A DNA stretch of 64,000 bases, taken from the NCBI GenBank assembly GCA_034530615.2, contig JAVRCV020000079.1:32001-96000 (forward strand), given 5' to 3'. The notes beneath the pieces are model-generated. The model was not told where the DNA came from and made no database searches. It saw nothing but the letters and a program-made list of their open reading frames with translations. Shown here one piece after another: positions 20,323 through 32,461 of the stretch. Each line of letters starts with the position of its first letter. Positions within the stretch are counted from its first letter, which is position 1. The position numbers and the translations under genes were made by a program. This stretch comes from Aulosira sp. ZfuVER01. Lineage in GTDB: Bacteria; Cyanobacteriota; Cyanobacteriia; Cyanobacteriales; Nostocaceae.

Positions 20323-23300
20323 TTACGCACTAAAGTACTTCGCTAGTGGATGATAAGCAATAATCGCCGTTGTAGACTGTTCTGGATAAAGCTGCTCACT
20401 TTCATCCATATACAGGTTAATCCTATCAGTCCCCAACAAATCCAGTTGCTTGTACTGATCCTGAATATTCGGACAAGCCGGATAGCCAAAACTATACCGC
20501 GAACCCTGATAACGTTGTGCCAAGATATCGCGGATATTGTCTGGTTCCTCCGCAACAAACCCTAACTCTTGACGAATTCGGGCGTGTGTCCATTCAGCCA
20601 AGGCTTCCGCTACCTGCACTGCAAGCCCGTGGAAATACAGGTAATCAGTGTATTGATTATCTGCAAATAACTTCTGCGCGTACTCTGTTGCAATCTCACC
20701 TACAGTGACCGCCTGCATCGGAAACACATCAATTAACCCCGACTCCTTCGGTGCAAAGAAATCTGCAATACACAACCTCCTCAAAGACTTCTGTCTGGGA
20801 AACTCAAACTTCGCAATTTCCCTCGCATCTAGGCTGTTCGTTTCATAAATATACAGAGTATTCCCCTCAGCCTGGCAAGGGAAATACCCGTAAATCACCT
20901 GGGGATGCAACAGATTCTCCTCAACAATCCGCTGTTTCCACTCTTTCAAAATCGGATACACCTTTTCATCTAAGAAAGCTTGATATTCTTCCTTAGTTTG
21001 CTCTTTTGGTTTACGGAATTGCCATTGTCCAGCAATTAAAGCTTGTAAATCCAAATACCCAAATATTTCCTCTAGAGAAATATCACTAGGTTGCAACAAC
21101 TTCGTTCCCCAAAAAGGTGGTGTGGGACGGTCAATATCTATCGCCACAGCTTCGGAACGTTTAGTATCTACTTGAGTGCTTACTTCTGATTTCTGAGTCT
21201 TGAGTGCTGAGTCTTGAGGACTGAGCCTTGAGTCTTGAATGATGGTTTCATCAGTTTCGAGTTCATCTAAAAATCCTTGCAAATCATCCCATTTAGCAGC
21301 AGCTTTCGCTGGCATTAATTTATCCATGAAATGCAAATCTGAGAAGGCATCTTTGCCATAAACGACTTTACCTTTATAGGCATTTTGGCAATCTTGATAG
21401 ACAAATTTGGGAGTCAATGCTGCACCACCTAAAATTACAGGTACAGTAATTCCCTTTTCGTTAAATACCTCCAAGTTTTCTTTCATAAAGGCAGTAGATT
21501 TCACTAACAATCCACTCATAGCGATACAATCAGGTTTGTGCTGTTCGTAAGCCTGAATGATGTTTTCTACTGACTGTTTAATTCCCAAATTAATAACTTT
21601 GTAGCCATTATTAGAAAGAATGATATCCACTAGGTTTTTACCTATGTCGTGGACATCACCTTTGACAGTGGCAATAATCACAGTTCCTTTAGCATTATTG
21701 CCAGCTTCTGACTTTTCCATGAACGGTTCTAGATAAGCTACCGCTGCTTTCATGGTTTCCGCAGACTGCAATACAAAGGGTAGCTGCATTTGTCCAGAAC
21801 CGAACAACTCACCCACAACTTTCATTCCATCCAGCAGAAAAGTGTTGATAATTTCCAAAGGGGGATATTGTTCTAAAGCTTTTGTTAGTTGTGCTTCTAA
21901 ACCAATGCGTTCGCCATCAATAATATGGCGCTTGAGGCGTTCTTCAATGGGGAGACTTTCATCAACACCTTTGTTGCGTTTTGTCGTTACTCCTGCAAAA
22001 ACTGTGGTAAGTTCCCCTAAGGGATCGTAAACGCAGACATCGCCCTCAAATCGACGTTCATCATAAATTAACTGGCGACAAATTTCTTGATGCTGTGGTT
22101 CAATCTTAGAAATTGGTAAAATCTTGCTAGCACTGACAATGGCTGCATCCATTCCCACGCTCATCGCCTCGTGTAAAAACATCGAATTCAGAACAATCCG
22201 GGCTGCGGGGCTAAGACCAAAGGATATATTGGAAACACCCAAAATTACATGACATCCTGGCAATTCTTGCCGAATTCTGCAGATAGCTTCAATAGTGGCT
22301 TTGCCGTTGGCTCTATCTTCTTCAATACCTGTAGAGATGGGTAAAGCTAAGGTGTCAAAGAAGATTTCTGTGGAAGGTATGCCATATTCTACGGCTTGGC
22401 GATAGGCACGTTGAGCGATCGCAAATTTTTTCTCAGCTGTCCGCGCCATCCCTTCTTCATCTATCGTACCAATTACTACCCCAGCACCGTATCTCTTCGC
22501 TAACTCCAGTACCTTCAAGAAACGCGGTTCGCCGTCTTCGTAGTTGGTAGAGTTGAGTAAACATTTACCTCCAGCGACTTTTAAACCCGCCTCCATCTTT
22601 TCCCATTCGGTGGAGTCGAGCATCAAGGGTAATGTCACATTATTAACGATGCGCGAAACGAGTTCGTGCATATCTCGCACCCCATCACGCCCCACATAAT
22701 CGACGTTAACATCAAGAATATGGGCACCTTCTTTTACTTGGGATCTCGCCATTGAAACGAGTCCATCCCAATCTTCCGCATTCAGCAATTCGCGGCACTT
22801 TTTGGAACCACTAGCGTTGAGGCGTTCGCCCACAATTAAGAAAGAGTTATCTTGATCGTAGGGCTGAGTAGTGTAAATTGATGCTGCTGCTGGTTCTAAA
22901 CTTGGCTGTCTAACTTTTGGCTTTAGGTCTTTGGTAATTTCTGCTAATTGTTGAATGTGTTCTGGACGTGTCCCACAGCAACCCCCAATCACTTGGACAC
23001 CCAAATCTTCAACAAAATGCATCAAAGACATCCGTAATTCCATCGGTGTCAAACGGTAGTGTGCTTGACCGCCGACATTCTCTGGTAAACCCGCATTCGG
23101 AATACAGGAAACGATAAAAGGTGAATGTTCTGCCAGATATTTAATATGTGGCTTCATCAAATCTGGGCCTGTAGCACAGTTGAGACCGAGAATATCTATT
23201 GGGTAAGGTTCCAAAATTGTCAGTACGGCACTGATTTCGGTTCCTACCAGCATCGTGCCCATACTTTCCATTGTCACCGATACCATCAACGGACGGCGAT

Positions 23301-23859
23301 CGCCTTTTTTAGCAAAAACTTCTTCAATCCCATTCAGCGCTGCTTTAATTTGCAGCACATCTTGGCAAGTCTCGACAATAAATATATCAACCCCACCATC
23401 CCATAAAGCGTCTGCTTGTTCTGCAAAAGCAGCTTTCATGGTGTCAAAGTCGATATGTCCCAAGGTAGGAAGTTTGGTTGTGGGACCAATAGAACCCGCC
23501 ACAAACCGGGGTTTTTCTGGTGTAGAAAATTCCGCCGCCACACGCTTTGCTAGTTCGGCTGCTTTCTTGTTCAGGTAATATGTCTTGTCCGCCAAGTCAT
23601 ATTCTGCCAACACAATCGAAGTAGCACCAAAAGTATCCGTTTCAATCACATCTGCACCAGCAGCGAGAAAGTCACGGTGAACTTTAGCAACAGCTTCCGG
23701 GTTGGTATGGATTAGGTATTCGTTACAACCTTCATATTGCGGGCCTCCGAAATCCTCAGCGGTGAGGTTTTGTGTTTGCAAGTTAGTACCCATCGCCCCA
23801 TCAAAGACAATAACCGGGCGTTCTGGACTACGTAAGCGTTCAAGAAAAGGATGAGTCAT
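20323..23859 (-). CDS. metH: Cobalamin-dependent methionine synthase
   Basis: [29 protein letters not shown]12-binding motif, [10 protein letters not shown]. Confidence 0.97.
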   Translation of the reverse strand: MTHPFLERLRSPERPVIVFDGAMGTNLQTQNLTAEDFGGPQYEGCNEYLIHTNPEAVAKVHRDFLAAGADVIETDTFGATSIVLAEYDLADKTYYLNKKAAELAKRVAAEFSTPEKPRFVAGSIGPTTKLPTLGHIDFDTMKAAFAEQADALWDGGVDIFIVETCQDVLQIKAALNGIEEVFAKKGDRRPLMVSVTMESMGTMLVGTEISAVLTILEPYPIDILGLNCATGPDLMKPHIKYLAEHSPFIVSCIPNAGLPENVGGQAHYRLTPMELRMSLMHFVEDLGVQVIGGCCGTRPEHIQQLAEITKDLKPKVRQPSLEPAAASIYTTQPYDQDNSFLIVGERLNASGSKKCRELLNAEDWDGLVSMARSQVKEGAHILDVNVDYVGRDGVRDMHELVSRIVNNVTLPLMLDSTEWEKMEAGLKVAGGKCLLNSTNYEDGEPRFLKVLELAKRYGAGVVIGTIDEEGMARTAEKKFAIAQRAYRQAVEYGIPSTEIFFDTLALPISTGIEEDRANGKATIEAICRIRQELPGCHVILGVSNISFGLSPAARIVLNSMFLHEAMSVGMDAAIVSASKILPISKIEPQHQEICRQLIYDERRFEGDVCVYDPLGELTTVFAGVTTKRNKGVDESLPIEERLKRHIIDGERIGLEAQLTKALEQYPPLEIINTFLLDGMKVVGELFGSGQMQLPFVLQSAETMKAAVAYLEPFMEKSEAGNNAKGTVIIATVKGDVHDIGKNLVDIILSNNGYKVINLGIKQSVENIIQAYEQHKPDCIAMSGLLVKSTAFMKENLEVFNEKGITVPVILGGAALTPKFVYQDCQNAYKGKVVYGKDAFSDLHFMDKLMPAKAAAKWDDLQGFLDELETDETIIQDSRLSPQDSALKTQKSEVSTQVDTKRSEAVAIDIDRPTPPFWGTKLLQPSDISLEEIFGYLDLQALIAGQWQFRKPKEQTKEEYQAFLDEKVYPILKEWKQRIVEENLLHPQVIYGYFPCQAEGNTLYIYETNSLDAREIAKFEFPRQKSLRRLCIADFFAPKESGLIDVFPMQAVTVGEIATEYAQKLFADNQYTDYLYFHGLAVQVAEALAEWTHARIRQELGFVAEEPDNIRDILAQRYQGSRYSFGYPACPNIQDQYKQLDLLGTDRINLYMDESEQLYPEQSTTAIIAYHPLAKYFSA

Positions 23860-24000
23860 ATTTTCCACAAGGAAATTAAGTTAGTCGTGCTAGATGAGAC
23901 TTAACTTATTATTTTCTATAATTTGCAAATTTTCGGCAGGCTTGAATAAAATCAGACATCGCCAAAGATGATATGCCTAAAAATGAATGGTTTTCATCGG

Positions 24001-24125
24001 CACGCCAGTTGCTACCCTACGGGAACGCTTACCCTTCGGGTTCTGCTTTGCAGTACAGCGAACAAGTCGGCAAAGCCGACGCCACTTGCTTGAAGCCGGG
24101 AAACCCGTCCAACGCAGTGGCTCCC
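24001..24125. repeat. Nested small dispersed repeats (SDR-like)
   Basis: CGCCACTTGCT...GGGAAACCCGTCCAACGCAGTGGCTC recurs at about 51651-51697 (reverse) and 57017-57060. Confidence 0.7.
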
Positions 24126-24161
24126 CAACGCACTGGCTCGTTTATCGGCGTTTATCGGCGG

Positions 24162-25061
24162 TCAATTATTTTTTGTTCGCTCCCAAATCCAGTCTTGTAA
24201 AATCGGATTGACTAATTCCGGCGCTTCATCCTGAGGACAATGTCCCACCCCTTCCAAGGGAATAAACTTCAATACTTGAGGATAATTAGCTAACTCTCTA
24301 CCTAAATCCACTGGTTCCCAAGGATCGGCTGTTCCCCATAAAATAATTGCCGGACAAGGTAGCGCAGGTAAAAGGTCTTCTGGTAAGGGGCCCGTGGAAT
24401 AATTTGTAAAAGCTAAGAAAACTGCTACCGCACCAGGATCGCTAGCTGGTGCAGTCAGAATATCTACCAACTCATCTGTTACAGCCTCAGAATTAGCGTA
24501 GGCTTGCAGCAAAATCTTCCTGACTGTTTTCGGTTTAGCAACTTGATTGAAAAAGAACGCGCCAATTGATTTGATCGATAATAGGCGTTGGAGTAAGGGT
24601 GCGCCAAAACGACGAGACCAAGGTAAAGTTGCCCGTTTGCGATCGTGTAATAATCTTAAAGAACAATTGAGTAATGCCACTCCTAAAGCAATCTCTGAGT
24701 GACTCACCGCAGCTTGCATGGCGACTATACAACCAATAGAATTTCCTACCAAAAATGCTGGTTCACCTACCACTTCACGGCAGAAATCAGCTACTTGCTG
24801 TCCCCAAGTTTCAAGTGTGTAATCAATTTGTTCGCCTGGCTTGGGTTTAGCCGAATTGCCAAAGCCTATCAAATCAATGGCATAAACGCGGCAGTGGTCT
24901 GCTAGCACAGGGATATTTTGCCGCCAGTGCCACCACGAAGCCCCAAAGCCATGCACCAGAACAACTGCTGGACCAACGCTTCCTTGAGCTTGATAGCAAA
25001 TGGGGAAACCTTGCCAAATCCAAGTTTTTGTGGAGGTAAATAGGGTTGTAGAAGTCGTCAT
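24162..25061 (-). CDS. Alpha/beta fold hydrolase
   Basis: VHGFGAS, GNSIG nucleophile elbow, GHCPQDE. Confidence 0.9.
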   Translation of the reverse strand: MTTSTTLFTSTKTWIWQGFPICYQAQGSVGPAVVLVHGFGASWWHWRQNIPVLADHCRVYAIDLIGFGNSAKPKPGEQIDYTLETWGQQVADFCREVVGEPAFLVGNSIGCIVAMQAAVSHSEIALGVALLNCSLRLLHDRKRATLPWSRRFGAPLLQRLLSIKSIGAFFFNQVAKPKTVRKILLQAYANSEAVTDELVDILTAPASDPGAVAVFLAFTNYSTGPLPEDLLPALPCPAIILWGTADPWEPVDLGRELANYPQVLKFIPLEGVGHCPQDEAPELVNPILQDWIWERTKNN

Positions 25062-25786
25062 GGGAGTTGCTGAAACAGGAATTTATTAAATTTAGACTAT
25101 GAATACCAAAATTGAGAGGTAGATGTTTTGCCGCAGTCATCATTATTTTAATTTTTATTAATTTTTTTAAAGTTTGAAATAATCTAGATTACTTAAGTCG
25201 TGTCTGAACAAGACATAGACAAAACCTTGGCATTTGCGATGTTATGCTTGAGCTTTGATGCTGCTGCTACTGATAATACTTCATCGTTCTTAATCTTTGA
25301 GATTCTTGACTAGCCAAATATTATCTGTCTTCAGATGTATGACAAATATGTACTTTTAATATACTTATGATTTCTGGCAAAATCGTATTTATACCCAACA
25401 AATATGTAATACTTATTACCAAATAATAGGATTTGAGTAGTTGTGTATGCTGTAAGCAAAGAAATCTTAAACAAACTGAATTAATGATGTCAAATTGGAA
25501 ATTTTTGCAATTATTACACACAGTATTTTTACTACATAGTTTAGCAATATATATTGAAGATTTTACAAATACTATTTATAGTAATGTAGTCCATTAATCT
25601 TAATTTTAAATCTATAATTATGTTCGTTTAATATAGCAAATTGCCTATATGACATTACATACAGTAAAAACTAAAATTTAGATTTTGTGTAAAGTAAAAA
25701 TAAAGCTAATTTAAGAAACCAATTGGATAATTTAGTGAATATTTATACACAGCGTTATCACTAGTTTTAACCAATAAACAATTAAT

Positions 25787-25935
25787 ATAGCAGTCCGCTT
25801 TGATTTCTGAATTGATTTGATAGGCAGGTAGGCAATACTGTTAGGGGCGGCTTCACCGAGATTACCATTAGTAATTGATAATATTTTTAAACCTGCCCCT
25901 ACTGAGTCTTGTTCAAAAATCCAGATGGAATTAGG
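25787..25935. repeat. Degenerate MITE/REP-like remnant
   Basis: TATAGCAGTCCGCTTTGATTTCTGAA end with an internal TAGGGGCGG...CCTGCCCCTAC palindrome. Confidence 0.4.
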
Positions 25936-26091
25936 ATCAGTAGTAGATTCAGTAGTTTCACAATTTACGATAGCTAAATTAGTCTATAAAATTGTCGTGT
26001 ATCAAGCATCTGCCAAGGAGTGGTTTGCAACTAGGAAAGTGACTCTGGGTTTGACGAATTTTTTGTTGCTAGTTCCTCCAAACCGAAAAAT

Positions 26092-26646
26092 ATGACTACA
26101 CTAGAAACTATAGATACTCCTATTGGGAGCTATGCACCAGACTTTGAACTGCCGGGAATTGACAATCAAGTACACCATCTTAGCCGTTATCTAAACAAGT
26201 TTCGTGCAGTTGGTGTCATCTCAATGTCCAACCGCTGCCCTTATGTAGCTTTATATTTAGACAGACTAAAAAATATTCAAGCAGAATTTGCCAAATTTGG
26301 TTTTACACTGATTGGGATGAATGGTAGTGCAGCCATTGGGCATCCAACAGAAAGCTTTGAAAGTATGAAAGTTTTTGCTGAGTGTCACCGATTGAACTTC
26401 CCTTACTTATGGGACCCAACCCAAGATGTGACTCAAAGCATTGGTGCTTGTAAAACACCAATGGCTTTCTTAATAGATAATATCGGTATACTACGTTACA
26501 AAGGACAAATTGACGATCATCCCCATAACCCCCTAGGTGGAGGAGAAGATTATTTGAAAAAGGCGATCGCTTCTCTACTAAAAGGTCATAAAATATATCC
26601 ACCAGAAACTGAGGCCATAGGTACTTCATTAATCTGGCGTAACTAG
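26092..26646 (+). CDS. Thioredoxin-fold/AhpC-TSA redoxin family protein
   Basis: APDFELPG, NRCPYV, LNFPYLWD, YKGQIDD. Confidence 0.8.
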   Translation: MTTLETIDTPIGSYAPDFELPGIDNQVHHLSRYLNKFRAVGVISMSNRCPYVALYLDRLKNIQAEFAKFGFTLIGMNGSAAIGHPTESFESMKVFAECHRLNFPYLWDPTQDVTQSIGACKTPMAFLIDNIGILRYKGQIDDHPHNPLGGGEDYLKKAIASLLKGHKIYPPETEAIGTSLIWRN

Positions 26647-26716
26647 ACACAGATAGGCACTGTACTGCTATCTTAAATTGGAGGCAATTGCAACTTTTTC
26701 GATAAAGCGTAACTTC

Positions 26717-27445
26717 ATGGGAACGAATTACCGACGGGTTTTACTTAAACTGAGCGGTGAAGCTTTGATGGGCAACATGGGCTATGGTATTGATCCAGAA
26801 GTGGTCAAAGAAATAGCTCAAGAAGTGGGAGAGGTGGTAGCCACTGGCGTTCAGATCGCTATCGTCGTTGGCGGCGGCAATATTTTTCGTGGTGTCAAAG
26901 CGGCGTCGGCGGGGATGGACAGGGCAACCGCTGACTACATTGGGATGATTGCCACGGTAATGAATGCCATGACGCTGCAAGATTCGTTAGAACGAATAGG
27001 GGTACAGACGCGAGTGCAAACTGCGATCGCTATGCAAGAATTAGCGGAACCGTATATTCGTCGTCGTGCCATCCGTCATCTAGAGAAAGGGCGGGTGGTA
27101 ATTTTTGGCGCTGGTTCTGGAAATCCCTTCTTTACAACCGACACTACTGCTGCCTTAAGAGCCGCAGAAATCGATGCTGAAGTGATTTTTAAAGCCACCA
27201 AAGTAGACGGAGTATACGATGCTGACCCTCATGTCTATCCTGATGCCAAACGTTACACCAGCCTCACTTACGCCCATGTTTTGGCTAAAGATTTGCGGGT
27301 AATGGATACTACCGCGATTGCCTTGTGTAAAGAAAATAATATTCCAATTCTTGTCTTTGACTTGACGGTGCGAGGTAATATCCACCGAGCAGTCATGGGA
27401 GAAGCCATCGGCACCCTTGTGGGAGGTTCTTGTGAAATTAGCTGA
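26717..27445 (+). CDS. pyrH: UMP kinase
   Basis: [28 protein letters not shown]; directly upstream of frr. Confidence 0.97.
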   Translation: MGTNYRRVLLKLSGEALMGNMGYGIDPEVVKEIAQEVGEVVATGVQIAIVVGGGNIFRGVKAASAGMDRATADYIGMIATVMNAMTLQDSLERIGVQTRVQTAIAMQELAEPYIRRRAIRHLEKGRVVIFGAGSGNPFFTTDTTAALRAAEIDAEVIFKATKVDGVYDADPHVYPDAKRYTSLTYAHVLAKDLRVMDTTAIALCKENNIPILVFDLTVRGNIHRAVMGEAIGTLVGGSCEIS

Positions 27446-27980
27446 AGCTGAGAGTAAAATGCAACATACCGTTGAGGCAACTCAACGCGCTTTTAACACG
27501 ATTCGTACTGGTCGCGCCAATGCGAGTCTACTAGATAAGGTATTGGTAGAGTATTACGGTACACCTACCGCCTTGAAATCACTGGCAAATATCAGTACAC
27601 CTGATGCCACAACCATCTTGATTCAACCTTACGATCGCAGTAGCTTGAATATAGTTGAAAAAGCAATTTCCTTGTCAGATGTAGGTTTAACCCCTAGCAA
27701 CGATGGTTCGGTAATTCGGCTGAATATTCCGCCTTTGACAAGCGATCGCCGTAAAGAACTAGTCAAAATCGCTGCCAAATACGCAGAAGAAGGTCGTGTT
27801 GGGATTCGTAACATCCGCCGCGATGCCGTAGACTCTATTCGCAAACAGGAAAAAAGCGCGGAAATTTCTGAAGATGAATCGCGAGATCTACAAGACAAAC
27901 TCCAAAAATTAACGAATAAACATACTGCCAGAATTGACGAATTATTGGCAGAAAAAGAAAAAGACATTACCACTGTCTAA
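27432..27980 (+). CDS. frr: Ribosome recycling factor
   Basis: [29 protein letters not shown] start with GGAGG. Confidence 0.97.
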   Translation: MKLAEAESKMQHTVEATQRAFNTIRTGRANASLLDKVLVEYYGTPTALKSLANISTPDATTILIQPYDRSSLNIVEKAISLSDVGLTPSNDGSVIRLNIPPLTSDRRKELVKIAAKYAEEGRVGIRNIRRDAVDSIRKQEKSAEISEDESRDLQDKLQKLTNKHTARIDELLAEKEKDITTV

Positions 27981-28224
27981 GTTAATTTGGTTTGGGAAAT
28001 GGGGTATGGGGCAAGGAGGATAAATGCCTATTGCCTTCTTGACTCTAGTCAAATTTTTAAATCTGAAACCACAGATATTCATCCCTAGACATCGGTGTTT
28101 ATCTGTGGTTTCACGTAATGAGCTAGAATTTTGTATGCGCCCTAAACAGAGACTAGTGTGGAATGAGCAGTGCCCACCAAAAACTTGTTGGTTGGGCTAA
28201 TTGAGGAGCAAAAATTTAGCCATT

Positions 28225-29346
28225 ATGTACGACTGCATTATCGTCGGAGCCGGTCCATCTGGTGGAACAGCTGCATATCATTTAGCCAAGCAAGGTCGCT
28301 CAGTATTAGTTTTAGAAAAAGAATCTCTGCCAAGATATAAACCCTGTGGTGGTGGAGTATCACCAGCGATCGCTCAATGGTTTGATTTTGATTTTAGCCC
28401 AGCAATTTCCGTGAAGGTAGACTCTCTGCGCTTTACCTGGAATATGGAAGACCCAGTAGAAGCGAAAATCGGAGTTAAAGAACCAATTTGGATGGTGCGG
28501 CGAGAAGTTTTTGACCATTTCCTAGTTCAACAAGCCCAGCAGCAAGGAGCTAAACTCCAAGACAATACAGAAGTCACTGGTATTGAGTTTCAAGCTGATT
28601 CTTGGCAAGTGAACACAACCAACGGCTCATTTACAGGTCGCTACTTAATCGCGGCTGATGGCGCTAAAGGGCCGATGGCAAAATGGCTAGGCTTCAAAGA
28701 CCGTAAACGCCACTTGGCAGGAGCTTTAGAGGCAGAAGTTCCCGCCAATGTTGACAACCCATCTATGGCTCATTTTGAATTCGGTCTAGTCAAAAATGGC
28801 TATATTTGGAACTTCCCTAAAGCTGAAGGCTATTCCCTTGGTGTTGGTACATTTATTGGTGGCGCACCTCAAGACTTCAAAAAGATTTTAGATGAGTACG
28901 CCCAATCTTTTAATGTAGATGTCAAAACCTGCAAGCAATACGGTCATCCTATTACCTTGTGGAATGGAAATCAAAAGCTACATACCCAAAATGCTGTTTT
29001 GGCTGGTGAAGCGGCTTGTGTAGTTGACCCAATGACAGCAGAAGGTATTCGTCCTTCTATTTTTAGCGGTTTGCTGGCTGCTAGTGCCATTAATGATGCG
29101 CTTTCAGGCAATATCAACGCTTTAGAAGAGTATACCAACGCCATTAACGAACAATGGGGCACTGATATGGCTTGGGCGCAAAAATTAGCTAACGCATTTT
29201 ATCGCTTTCCGAAAATTGGCTACAACGTAGGTGTAAAGCGCCCCTCTGGTGCCCAGGTTATGGGTAAGATTCTCTGTGGTGAAATGCGCTATGGCGATGT
29301 TGTCGGTCGCGCCCTGAAGCGTTTAATCCCTGGTTTTGGCGGATAA
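28225..29346 (+). CDS. Geranylgeranyl reductase family FAD-dependent oxidoreductase
   Basis: IIVGAGPSG, PRYKPCGGG, AADGA, GYIWNFPK, DPMTAEGI. Confidence 0.9.
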   Translation: MYDCIIVGAGPSGGTAAYHLAKQGRSVLVLEKESLPRYKPCGGGVSPAIAQWFDFDFSPAISVKVDSLRFTWNMEDPVEAKIGVKEPIWMVRREVFDHFLVQQAQQQGAKLQDNTEVTGIEFQADSWQVNTTNGSFTGRYLIAADGAKGPMAKWLGFKDRKRHLAGALEAEVPANVDNPSMAHFEFGLVKNGYIWNFPKAEGYSLGVGTFIGGAPQDFKKILDEYAQSFNVDVKTCKQYGHPITLWNGNQKLHTQNAVLAGEAACVVDPMTAEGIRPSIFSGLLAASAINDALSGNINALEEYTNAINEQWGTDMAWAQKLANAFYRFPKIGYNVGVKRPSGAQVMGKILCGEMRYGDVVGRALKRLIPGFGG

Positions 29347-29347
29347 G

Positions 29348-29500
29348 GGAGCAGGGGGACAAGGAGGACAGGGAGGATGGGGGGAGTGTGGGGAGAGAGG
29401 GGAGAAACGAACCACACTTTCTTTATTAGCTCCCCCCCGTCTCCCAAACTTCCCACACTCCTTGTTTGCCCCATGCCCCATGCCCAATGCCCCATGACAA
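29348..29500. repeat. Purine-rich nonamer repeats plus STRR heptamers
   Basis: GGGGACAAG/GGGGAGTGT-like units and CCCATGC units. Confidence 0.7.
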
Positions 29501-29588
29501 ATAACAACAGATAAGAAATCGCCTTCAAGGGACTTGTAGTTACAACAAGTGATTCTTTCTACCAAAGTTTCCTTGAAAGTAGACAATT

Positions 29589-31034
29589 ATGCCAGCTAAT
29601 AAGCCTCAAGACAAACTGACTGCTCCTATATGCTTATTTTTATTAGGAGTTGCCATCTCTCAAAGTTTGAGATCCACGGCTTTTAATTTTAATAGTTACA
29701 GTAATGATTCAGTAGTAGTCGCCCAAACTTCGCCCAAGCCTACACCCCAAGAAATTGTACAGGCGGGGGAAGTACGTGCTTTACCTGGCAAGCTTGATAC
29801 TATTCCTGTATTTAATAGCAATAGCCCAGAATGGGTCAAAAAGGAGGGAATTTTACTTTCTACATTTCCCCCAAATGGAAAAAAAGTCTCAGCAGCACAT
29901 CTTAATTTTCCCTTTGAGGGACGCTTTGACTTATTTGCTCACCACTATACCCACACCCCTAAGGATTTACAGACCCTATACTTGGGCGTAATTTTGCAGA
30001 ACCCAACTAAGAAAGCAGTAACAGTGGATGTTTTGCAAGCAGCGAGTTATTTGATGCAGGATGCGCCTTTTGTTTCCTTAGCACCCTACATCGAAAATAA
30101 TGATGGTAAAACCTATTCAGGGCCTGGTGCTCGTGCTGTTAGCGATGTCTTACGAGGAGTTCGCCAAGCTGATTTTCCGGCAAAGCTGGTAATTCCAGCA
30201 GGACAAAGCCGATTGTTATTAAATCATCCCATTCCGGTAAAAAATCTGGAAAAGCCTGTTAATGGTAGGTCTAGCTTTATGCGGTTGCGTAGTAGCGGCA
30301 AAGTTTATGCAGCCAGTTTAGCAATGTTTGCTAAGAAAAATACTGATGGTAGCGATCGCGCCCCTACTTTAGCAGAATGGCAAGCTTTGCTCAATACTGG
30401 CAACTTTGCCGGGCCACGAGATAAAACTCCTACTCCTCCAAATGCTACAGGCGGTGCCCTGATTTATGGGCGTGTAGCTGGTGTATCTCAAGGTTCTCAG
30501 TGGCAAGCTTTACTTACAGATAACTCCAAAGACCAAACTCTTACAATTCCTCAGCGTGGCAAAGCGATTTCTTATCCTTTAGTTACCTTACGTGGTGGTC
30601 AATTGGGTACCGGACAAATCCAAACTGCAAAAATGTTAGTACGCTATCCAGATACAGCGTATGAAGCACACGGTAATTATGGGGTGGAGTATAATCTCCG
30701 CTTACCCTTAAGTAATAGTACCAAGCAAGCTCAAAAAGTTAGTGTCACATTAGAAACACCTTTAAAAGAAGATAAATTATCCCAAGGTGGTCTCCGTTTT
30801 CGCAAACCATCCTTAGATTTTCCCTTTTTCCGTGGTACAGTGCGGCTGCGATATACTGATGATCAAGGGAAACAACAAACACGTTACGTACATTTGTGGC
30901 ACAGAACAGGGCAAGTTTTAGAACCATTAGTACAGCTGACGCTACCACCTGCAACTAAACGAATGGTACAGGTAGATGTAATCTATCCACCAGATTCAAC
31001 ACCACCTCAAGTGTTGAGTGTGAGGACGCTTTGA
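29589..31034 (+). CDS. DUF3370 domain-containing protein
   Basis: PVFNSNSPE, GILLSTFP, AHLNF, AHGNYGVEY, YPPDSTPPQVL. Confidence 0.8.
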   Translation: MPANKPQDKLTAPICLFLLGVAISQSLRSTAFNFNSYSNDSVVVAQTSPKPTPQEIVQAGEVRALPGKLDTIPVFNSNSPEWVKKEGILLSTFPPNGKKVSAAHLNFPFEGRFDLFAHHYTHTPKDLQTLYLGVILQNPTKKAVTVDVLQAASYLMQDAPFVSLAPYIENNDGKTYSGPGARAVSDVLRGVRQADFPAKLVIPAGQSRLLLNHPIPVKNLEKPVNGRSSFMRLRSSGKVYAASLAMFAKKNTDGSDRAPTLAEWQALLNTGNFAGPRDKTPTPPNATGGALIYGRVAGVSQGSQWQALLTDNSKDQTLTIPQRGKAISYPLVTLRGGQLGTGQIQTAKMLVRYPDTAYEAHGNYGVEYNLRLPLSNSTKQAQKVSVTLETPLKEDKLSQGGLRFRKPSLDFPFFRGTVRLRYTDDQGKQQTRYVHLWHRTGQVLEPLVQLTLPPATKRMVQVDVIYPPDSTPPQVLSVRTL

Positions 31035-31081
31035 GTTTTCTCTGGAAATAACTGAATTAAGCAAATTTCTTCAGCGATATC

Positions 31082-31489
31082 TTACATAGCAGGCATTTTA
31101 GGAAACTTAGGTAACTGCGGATCTATATAATCCCATGCTGCACCACTGGAGGCGTAAACCACCATACTAGGCTGAAATATGGATACGTCATCTAGACTGT
31201 TGGCAGAGACTGCCCCTATTTCATCAAAACCCGAAGATTCAGCATAAATATGCGATCCGCAAATTGGACAAAAACCTCGGCGTACAGTATTGCCACTTTC
31301 GCCTGGAGTTTCATAAAACTTCAATTCGCCAGAGATATTCAATGCCGCTTTTGGGATTGCCAATTTTGAGCTATGCCCTGTAGTACTAGTTTTGCGACAA
31401 TTCTCACATTGACAATGCATTGCTACTAAAGGTTCTGCCTGACATTCGTAACGTACTGCACCGCACAAACAGCCACCAGAAAAAGTCAT
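31082..31489 (-). CDS. GFA family protein
   Basis: GGCLCGAVRY, CQCENCRK, RGFCPICGS. Confidence 0.9.
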   Translation of the reverse strand: MTFSGGCLCGAVRYECQAEPLVAMHCQCENCRKTSTTGHSSKLAIPKAALNISGELKFYETPGESGNTVRRGFCPICGSHIYAESSGFDEIGAVSANSLDDVSIFQPSMVVYASSGAAWDYIDPQLPKFPKMPAM

Positions 31490-31622
31490 AAACAGCCTCA
31501 CTATCCTGCTCAATTGGAATATTAACTTAGTACTGGTATCTAGGGGAAGCAGATCCAAGCATAAACGGAATTTTTACTCTTGATTAACGCCAAAACTTTT
31601 CTTACTAAGAATTCGGAATCTA

Positions 31623-31727
31623 GTGGCGTGACAAGGCTAAAGTTGTGCATTAGATTTCTAATTGATAGGGCGCTAAAGCGCAACTACGAACATTCTTTAT
31701 TGCAACATTTTAGTCTGGTCACGCCAG
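31623..31727 (+). mobile_element. 105-bp MITE copy 2, flanked by TA
   Basis: GTGGCGTGACAAGGCTAAA...TTTAGTCTGGTCACGCCAG. Confidence 0.8.
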
Positions 31728-31804
31728 TAGGGTGTGTTGTCGCGTAGTGCAATGCACCAAGGTCTAGAATGCGGTGCGTTACACTTCGTGATAACGCACC
31801 CTAC
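31727..31804. repeat. REP doublet (REPIN-like)
   Basis: GTAGGGTGTGTT...GCACC and GGTGCGTTA...TAACGCACCCTAC. Confidence 0.7.
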
Positions 31805-31930
31805 ACATACTACACTTCTTGCAAAAATCCGATTAGGAATAAATAGATGAACACCAATATTTATCTATGTTTATCTATGGTTTGATAGCCAAAATATCGA
31901 CTTATGCAAGAGGTCTAATTTATAAATTAC

Positions 31931-32221
31931 TCAAAAAAATTTAATTTGAGTTGGCCATACAGGAGGTTTAGGCTGGATAGAAATACCACCTGTTTCACTT
32001 CCTGGACATGGAGTAGAGATACATGCTATATCACTACCACCTTCTTCACCTAAAGCCTTAGTACTGACACGATCGTCACCACCTTCTTCACCTAAAGCCA
32101 AAGTAGTGAAAGTATCACTTCCGCCTTGAACTTGAGCAGCTTCTTCATCTGTTAGCGGTTCGGGAAAATCTAAGTCTATTGCTGCTAAGTCAGAAAGATT
32201 TAGCCCAAAAGGATGATTCAT
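31931..32221 (-). CDS. Graspetide (omega-ester peptide) precursor, plesiocin-like multicore
   Basis: Leader MNHPFGLNLSDL...EEAAQVQGG; cores TTLALGEE and STKALGEE; GGAG RBS; adjacent to an ATP-grasp gene. Confidence 0.85.
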   Translation of the reverse strand: MNHPFGLNLSDLAAIDLDFPEPLTDEEAAQVQGGSDTFTTLALGEEGGDDRVSTKALGEEGGSDIACISTPCPGSETGGISIQPKPPVWPTQIKFF

Positions 32222-32461
32222 AAATTTCTCCTATAATTTTAGACAATTCATCTATAAACTACTAATAATTTTAGCTGCCAGTAATTAAAAATTTCTACTT
32301 CTAGCTGTATTTAATTAGTATTATTATATAATACTTAAAATTATTTTTTGTTAGAGCTATTTTGACTGATTTTTAGAAAAAAATTCTTAAACCTTTACAA
32401 ATTGATCGTATAGCAGTCTGAGATATTTAAAAATCTTTTTTAAATTATATTTTCAATTAAC

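Noticed and set aside
23870..23990. Cobalamin or SAM riboswitch upstream of metH
   Set aside because: No recognisable conserved riboswitch core seen
23973..24211. Two short plus-strand ORFs
   Set aside because: They run through nested dispersed repeats
25143..25780. AT-rich region as an origin or small CDS
   Set aside because: No DnaA-box cluster or credible ORF seen
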